Assembly: GCF_011386835.1 (NCBI RefSeq)
Contig: NC_088806.1
Span: 1,612,001 to 1,676,000 of the forward strand
From: Chrysemys picta bellii
Lineage: Eukaryota
Reading direction: 5' to 3'
Length of the DNA: 64,000 nt
Positions 58,715 through 64,000 of the stretch are shown here, in pieces (position 1 is the first letter of the stretch; the number at the start of each line of letters is the position of its first letter). Below the pieces are notes generated by a model. The model did not search any database. It was not told where the DNA came from and saw only the letters and a program-made list of their open reading frames with translations. The translations under genes and the position numbers were made by a program.

Positions 58715-59535
58715 CCGGGCGCAGATGCATCCACCTCTGGGGTGGGGCGGCTGGTTACCCGGGGACCCGTCGCCCGGCGCTGAGACGCGCCCACCTCTGG
58801 GGCGGGGCGGCCGGTTACCCAGGGACCCCTCGCCCGGCGCTGAGATGCGCCCAGCTCTGGGGCGGGGCAGCCGGTTACCCAGGGACCCCTCGCCTGGCGC
58901 GGAGACGCGCCCACCTCTGGGGCGGGGCGGCTGGTTACCCAGGGACCCCTCGCCCGGCGCGGAGATGCGCCCACCTCTGGGGCGGGGCAGCCGGTTACCC
59001 GGGGACCCCTCACCCTGCGCGGAGATGCAGCCACCTCTGGGGAGGGGCGGCCGGTTACCCAGGGACCCCCTCGCCTGGCGCTGAGACGCGCCCACCTCTG
59101 GGGCGGGGCGGCCGGTTACCCAGGGACCCCTCGCCCGGCGCGGAGATGTGCCCACCTCTGGGGCGGGGCGGCTGGTTACCCGGGGACCCCTCGCCCGGCG
59201 CGGAGATGCAGCCACCTCTGGGGCGGGGCGGCCGGTTACCCAGGGACCCCTCACCTGGCGCTGAGACGCGCCCACCTCTGGGGCGGGGCGGGGCGGCCGG
59301 TTACCCAGGGACCCCTCGCCTGGCGCGGAGACGCGCCCACCTCTGGGGCGGGGCGGCTGGTTACCCGGGGACCCCTCGCCCGGCGCGGAGATGCAGCCAC
59401 CTCTGGGGCGGGGCGGCCAGTTACCCGGGGACCCCTCACTTGGTGCGGAGATGCGCCCACCTCTGGGGCAGGGCGGCTGGTTACCCGGGGACCCCTCGCC
59501 CGGCACGGAGATGCAGCCACCTCTGGGGCGGGGTG
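58715..59535. repeat. 60-bp family A array (~13 units)
   Basis: GAGATGCGCCCACCTCTGGGGCGGGGCGGCCGGTTACCCAGGGACCCCTCGCCCGGCG units. Confidence 0.9.
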
Positions 59536-59739
59536 GCAGGTTATATAGCTCAATGCCTGAGCAACCCATGCCAGTCTCCCTCCCCATCCCCAGATACCCC
59601 CGTTACCTCTGCTGGGCCCTGGGCTGCCTTGAGTGTCAGCCATGGGGCCACCCAGCTTATGTCCCCAGGAGGGAATTTCTGAAGAGGGTGAAGTGAGCAG
59701 CTCATAAGCCCCTCCCTTCTCGGGGCTGGCAGCCCGGGG

Positions 59740-60210
59740 GCATGGTGGGGAGCTGCCTCCAGTCTGTGTCCCCCCCCATGGAGTGCAGGATGGACCCCTC
59801 CAGTCTGTGTCCCCCCCCCCCCGCATGGAGGGCAGGATGGACCCCTCCGGTCTGTGTCCCCGTCCCCCATGGAGGGCAGGATGGACCCCTCCGGTCTGTG
59901 TCCCCGTCCCCCATGGAGGGCAGGATGGACCCCTCCAGTCTGTGTCCCCCCCCATGGAGGGCAGGATGGACCCCTCCAGTCTGTCCCCCCCCCATGGAGT
60001 GCAGGATGGACCCCTCCAGTCTGTGTCCCCCCCCCCCCATGGAGTGCAGGATGGACCCCTCCGGTCTCTGCCCCCCCCATGGAGTGCAGGATGGACCCCT
60101 CCGGTCTGTGTCCCCCCCCTCATGGAGGGCAGGATGGACCCCTCCGGTCTCTGCCCCCCCCCCCCATGGAGGGCAGGATGGACCCCTCCGGTCTGTGTCC
60201 CCCCCCCCCC
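59740..60210. repeat. ~42-bp minisatellite
   Basis: ATGGAGGGCAGGATGGACCCCTCCGGTCTGTGTCCCCCCCC units. Confidence 0.9.
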
Positions 60211-61244
60211 ATGGCCGCAGGGGCTGAGCTGGGGTAGATCAGCCTGTCTCGCCAGGGCTCCCCGAGTGACAGGCAGCTCCAGCCCCCACTGGCCCCCCGG
60301 GGGCGCCTGTCCGTGGTGCAGGTGGGGCTGGTTCGAGCCAATGGGGGTGGGTGGGGGTGAGAGAGCTGGGCTGCCCCCTGGTGGCGTGTGTGTGTGTCTG
60401 TGTACTGACCCCCGCTGGTTACCCCCTCACAGCCCAGCCTCTTTACCCCCCCGGCTGACCATGGCAGCCAGAAAACCTAACCCCCTCCCCAAGAGATGGG
60501 TCAGGAGCATTGGGTCATTTGGCACCCAAGTAATCAAGCCATTGATGAAAGAGCTCGCTTCTGGGGTGGTGAGCTGCCGCGGGGAAGGGGTTAATGGGAC
60601 GTGAGTGGGGCAGGGTGGCAAAGAAGGGGTTAACTGGGCGGGAGTGGAGGCGAGGAGGAGGGGAAGGAGCTAATGGGGCAGGGCGTTGCGGCGGGGAAGG
60701 GGTTAACGCGGCGGGCTGTAGCGAGCATTCGGGCGGGGGGAGGAGGGGGCGGCGCTGGGGGGCGGGGCCGGGGGCGGGGCTTGGGGGGAGCTGTCAGCTG
60801 GTCGGGGTGGGGGTTGGACTTCCTGGAGCGGGGACTTGTCAACAGGCGGTGGGTCTGGCCCGAGTCGAGTCGGAGCGGGGCGGGCGCCCCCAGGGCAGGG
60901 AAGAGAGAACCCAGCCCCCCCCCCCCCCCGAGACGTACCCCCCCTTCCCCTGATCCTGCCCCTTGGGGCACTTCCCCACCCTGCCCCCAACTTCAGGGAA
61001 CTTTCCAGTCCTGCCCCCTCCGTGGTGGGCGGCCGGGATGCCCGGAGCCCCCCAGTACTGCCCCGTGACCTTTGACCTGCCCTGTGACCTTTGATCTGCA
61101 GGTGAGCTACAATCAGGGGGGCACCGTAGCCCTCCATTTGCTGCGCCACCCGCGGGGATGTCGCCGCCCCCGCCTCCGTGTCTGGCCGGAGACCCCGGCA
61201 TGGGCCCGGTGTGGCCCCGGCCCCGGTGAGCCGGCGCAGGGACC

Positions 61245-62369
61245 ATGAGTGGCGCCCGGAAGAAAAGCAGCTTCCAGATCACCAGCATCACCAGCGAGTT
61301 CGAGCCGCCGGCGGCGCCGCCCGCCCTGGAGCCGCCCGAGGACACGGCCGCGCCGCGCAACGGGCCGCCCGGTGCTGCCTCCCGCTTCCGCCTGGTGAAG
61401 CTGGACCAGGGCCCGGGCGAGCCCTTCAAACGGGGCCGCTGGACCTGCCTGGAGTTCTACGACCATGACCCTGAGCACCAGGCTGTGGGGCGGCTCCTGG
61501 GCGCCCCCCGGCACCCACAGTCCCTCGACTCCCGCCTGGAGCTGGCTGGGCTGCTGCCCAAGCCCCACGGCTACTTCAGCCCCCCGCCACCGCTGCGTGG
61601 GCACGGCCACTCCCAGGGCACGGCCCATCCCGGCGAGCACTTGCCCCACTCGCTGGGGGGCGGGGAGAGGACGCCTGGGGGCAGAGCTCACAGCCATGGG
61701 GCCGCCGCGGAGCCGAGCCTGGGGGTCGAAGAGCTGCTGCTACCCCACAGCCTCGCCCAGCGCATCCGGAGGGAGATGGAGGAGCGGCACAAGGTAAGTG
61801 GGCCCGGACACCTGGGTTCCGTCGGGGACGGGAGTGCCACGGGGTAACCCCACTAGCCGGGGTTGGAGGTGACCACAGGGGGGATGGCGAGTGGCTGGGG
61901 AGGGAGGGGGTGACTGTGGTGGGGCAGCCCCTTGGGAGCCATCTCACCCCTCTTCCAAAGACCTGCTCGGGGTAGCGTTGGCCTGCGGAACTCCCTGCCA
62001 CTGGATGCTGGCAGGGCTGAGGTTTATTGGGGGTGGGTGGGTGAGGACCACCCTCTCCTGTGCCATAATGTGGTGAGGTGCATTGTGGGAATTTCTGAGC
62101 CCTGACCCCCACCTCCCCAGCTGCTAACTCTCCCCCTCCGTGTCCCCATCTCACCCCATAGCCAGACAGTGCCCCACCCCGGAGGGGACAGGCCACATCT
62201 CTAACTCTGGCTCTCCTCCCCAGGTGCCACCCCGAGGCTCCCGCCCCTCATCCCCAGCCCCCCCGTTCTTCCGGGAAGGGAGCCCTGTCCGGAGGGGGTC
62301 AGACCCCTTTGGAGGCCTGGCCCGCTCCATGTTCGCTATGGGGGGCCACCAGGACAGCGATGATGAAAG
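61245..62369 (+). CDS. TSC22D4: TSC22 domain family member 4, first two coding exons (partial)
   Basis: Exon 61245-61793 encodes [16 protein letters not shown] and [28 protein letters not shown] and ends AAG|GTAAGT. Exon 62224-62369 encodes ...[22 protein letters not shown] and ends AG|GTGAGG. The TSC-box and leucine-zipper exons are not seen before the gap. Confidence 0.92.
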
Positions 62370-62839
62370 GTGAGGCGGGATTTCCTGTCCGCTGCGCCTG
62401 GTGGAGGGCGGGACTTCCTGGTTTGCCGAGGAGTGGGTTTGGGGCGGGGGGAGGGGGCTGCAGTGCTGAGGCCGACGGGGAGCAGGCCGGGGGCAGCCGT
62501 GCTCAGTGGAAGAGGAAGGAAGCCGAGGGGGGGAAGTTGCATTTGAACGGCTGGCAGCGGATGTGACGCAGTAGTGCCTCCCGGATCCGGGGTGGGGGGA
62601 CATCGGGGAGGGATCCCGGCAGCAGAGGAGGGGGGTGCAAGGTGGGGGTAGGGAAGCAGATCAGGGAGACCCTACAACAACAAACCTCTTCACGGGTTAC
62701 GCCTTCCTTTTGGGAAACCCTACAATAACGAGCGAGTGCTCCCAAAGCCCCCTGACACCACCAAGGCGGCCTGTACAGGCCTGCAGCCTCTGAGAGACCC
62801 TACAATAACAAACTGTCCCCAGTGCTTCCAGCAGACCCG

Positions 62840-63443
62840 GGAGTGAGGGGCACCGGCAGGGCTGGGCTAGCAGGGGCTGCGGGTCGGGAGTGAGGGGCAC
62901 CGGCAGGGCTGGGCTAGCAGGGGCTGCGGGTCGGGAGTGAGGGGCACCGGCAGGGCTGGCTAGCAGGGGCTGCGGGTCGGGAGTGAGGGGCACCGGCAGG
63001 GCTGGGCTAGCAGGGGCTGCGGGTCGGGAGTGAGGGGCACCGGCAGGGCTGGGCTAGCAGGGGCTGCGGGTCGGGAGTGAGGGGCACCGGCAGGGCTGGC
63101 TGGCAGGGGTTGTGGGTCGGGAGTGAGGGGCACCGGCAGGGCTGGGGGGGGCAGGGGCTGTGGGTCGGGAGTGAGGGGCACCGGCAGAGCTGGGGGGGGC
63201 AGGGGCTGTGGGTCGGGAGTGAGGGGCACCGGCAGAGCTGGGGGGGGCAGGGGCTGTGGGTCGGGAGTGAGGGCACCGGCAGGGCTGGGCTAGCAGGGGT
63301 TGTGGGTCGGGAGTGAGGGGCACCGGCAGGGCTGGGCTAGCAGGGGTTGTGGGTCGGGAGTGAGGGGCACCGGCAGGGCTGGGCTAGCAGGGGCTGTGGG
63401 TCGGGAGTGAGGGGCACCGGCAGAGCTGGGGGGGGCAGGGGCT
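62840..63443. repeat. Family C array running into the assembly gap
   Basis: GGGTCGGGAGTGAGGGGCACCGGCAGGGCTGGGCTAGCAGGGG units. Confidence 0.9.
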
Positions 63444-63943
63444 NNNNNNNNNNNNNNNNNNNNNNNNNNNNNNNNNNNNNNNNNNNNNNNNNNNNNNNNN
63501 NNNNNNNNNNNNNNNNNNNNNNNNNNNNNNNNNNNNNNNNNNNNNNNNNNNNNNNNNNNNNNNNNNNNNNNNNNNNNNNNNNNNNNNNNNNNNNNNNNNN
63601 NNNNNNNNNNNNNNNNNNNNNNNNNNNNNNNNNNNNNNNNNNNNNNNNNNNNNNNNNNNNNNNNNNNNNNNNNNNNNNNNNNNNNNNNNNNNNNNNNNNN
63701 NNNNNNNNNNNNNNNNNNNNNNNNNNNNNNNNNNNNNNNNNNNNNNNNNNNNNNNNNNNNNNNNNNNNNNNNNNNNNNNNNNNNNNNNNNNNNNNNNNNN
63801 NNNNNNNNNNNNNNNNNNNNNNNNNNNNNNNNNNNNNNNNNNNNNNNNNNNNNNNNNNNNNNNNNNNNNNNNNNNNNNNNNNNNNNNNNNNNNNNNNNNN
63901 NNNNNNNNNNNNNNNNNNNNNNNNNNNNNNNNNNNNNNNNNNN
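63444..63943. other. Assembly gap (500 N)
   Basis: A run of exactly 500 N, so a placeholder size. Confidence 0.99.
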
Positions 63944-64000
63944 GGGCCTGTGCCCCAGGGGCTCATGGGAATGTGGGGGGGGGCTGTGCCCCGGGGGCTC

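Noticed and set aside
60460-60604. Short ORF with good Kozak context (MAARKPNPLPKRW...) upstream of TSC22D4
   Set aside because: No homology recognised, and any splice into the TSC22D4 frame meets the in-frame TGA at 61227.

Overview
GC-rich, minisatellite-dense vertebrate genomic DNA, most likely a turtle microchromosome-type region (inferred from the repeat families and gene content). By splicing exons by hand I reconstruct five genes matching the human 7q22.1 neighbourhood. (1) An intact IRS3-type insulin receptor substrate (minus strand, ~540 aa, PH + PTB, four YxxM motifs). (2) A divergently transcribed RHBDD1/RHBDL4-like rhomboid protease (plus strand, ~198 aa) with the catalytic Ser/His dyad but no cytosolic tail; I know of no gene at this position in mammals. 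(3) AGFG2 (minus, 11 exons, 386 aa). (4) NYAP1 (minus, 6 coding exons, 733 aa). (5) The 5' part of TSC22D4 (plus), cut by a 500-N gap. The block mirrors the NYAP2-IRS1-RHBDD1-AGFG1 paralogon, so the rhomboid looks like a retained whole-genome-duplication ohnolog. A near-intact 6.2-kb DIRS1-type tyrosine-recombinase retrotransposon sits antisense in the probable last IRS3 intron. Its gag stop (UUU-UGA) is placed so that readthrough would give Gag-YR and a +1 shift would give Gag-Pol. Also present: a decayed Gypsy gag with LTR and tRNA-Leu PBS, a solo LTR nested in a hAT MITE, Penelope fragments with minimal hammerhead ribozymes, CR1 fragments, several MITEs and many tandem arrays. Most long ORFs in the ORF track are artefacts of GC-rich repeats. 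Comparisons to human proteins and gene order come from recalled sequences and were not checked against a database.
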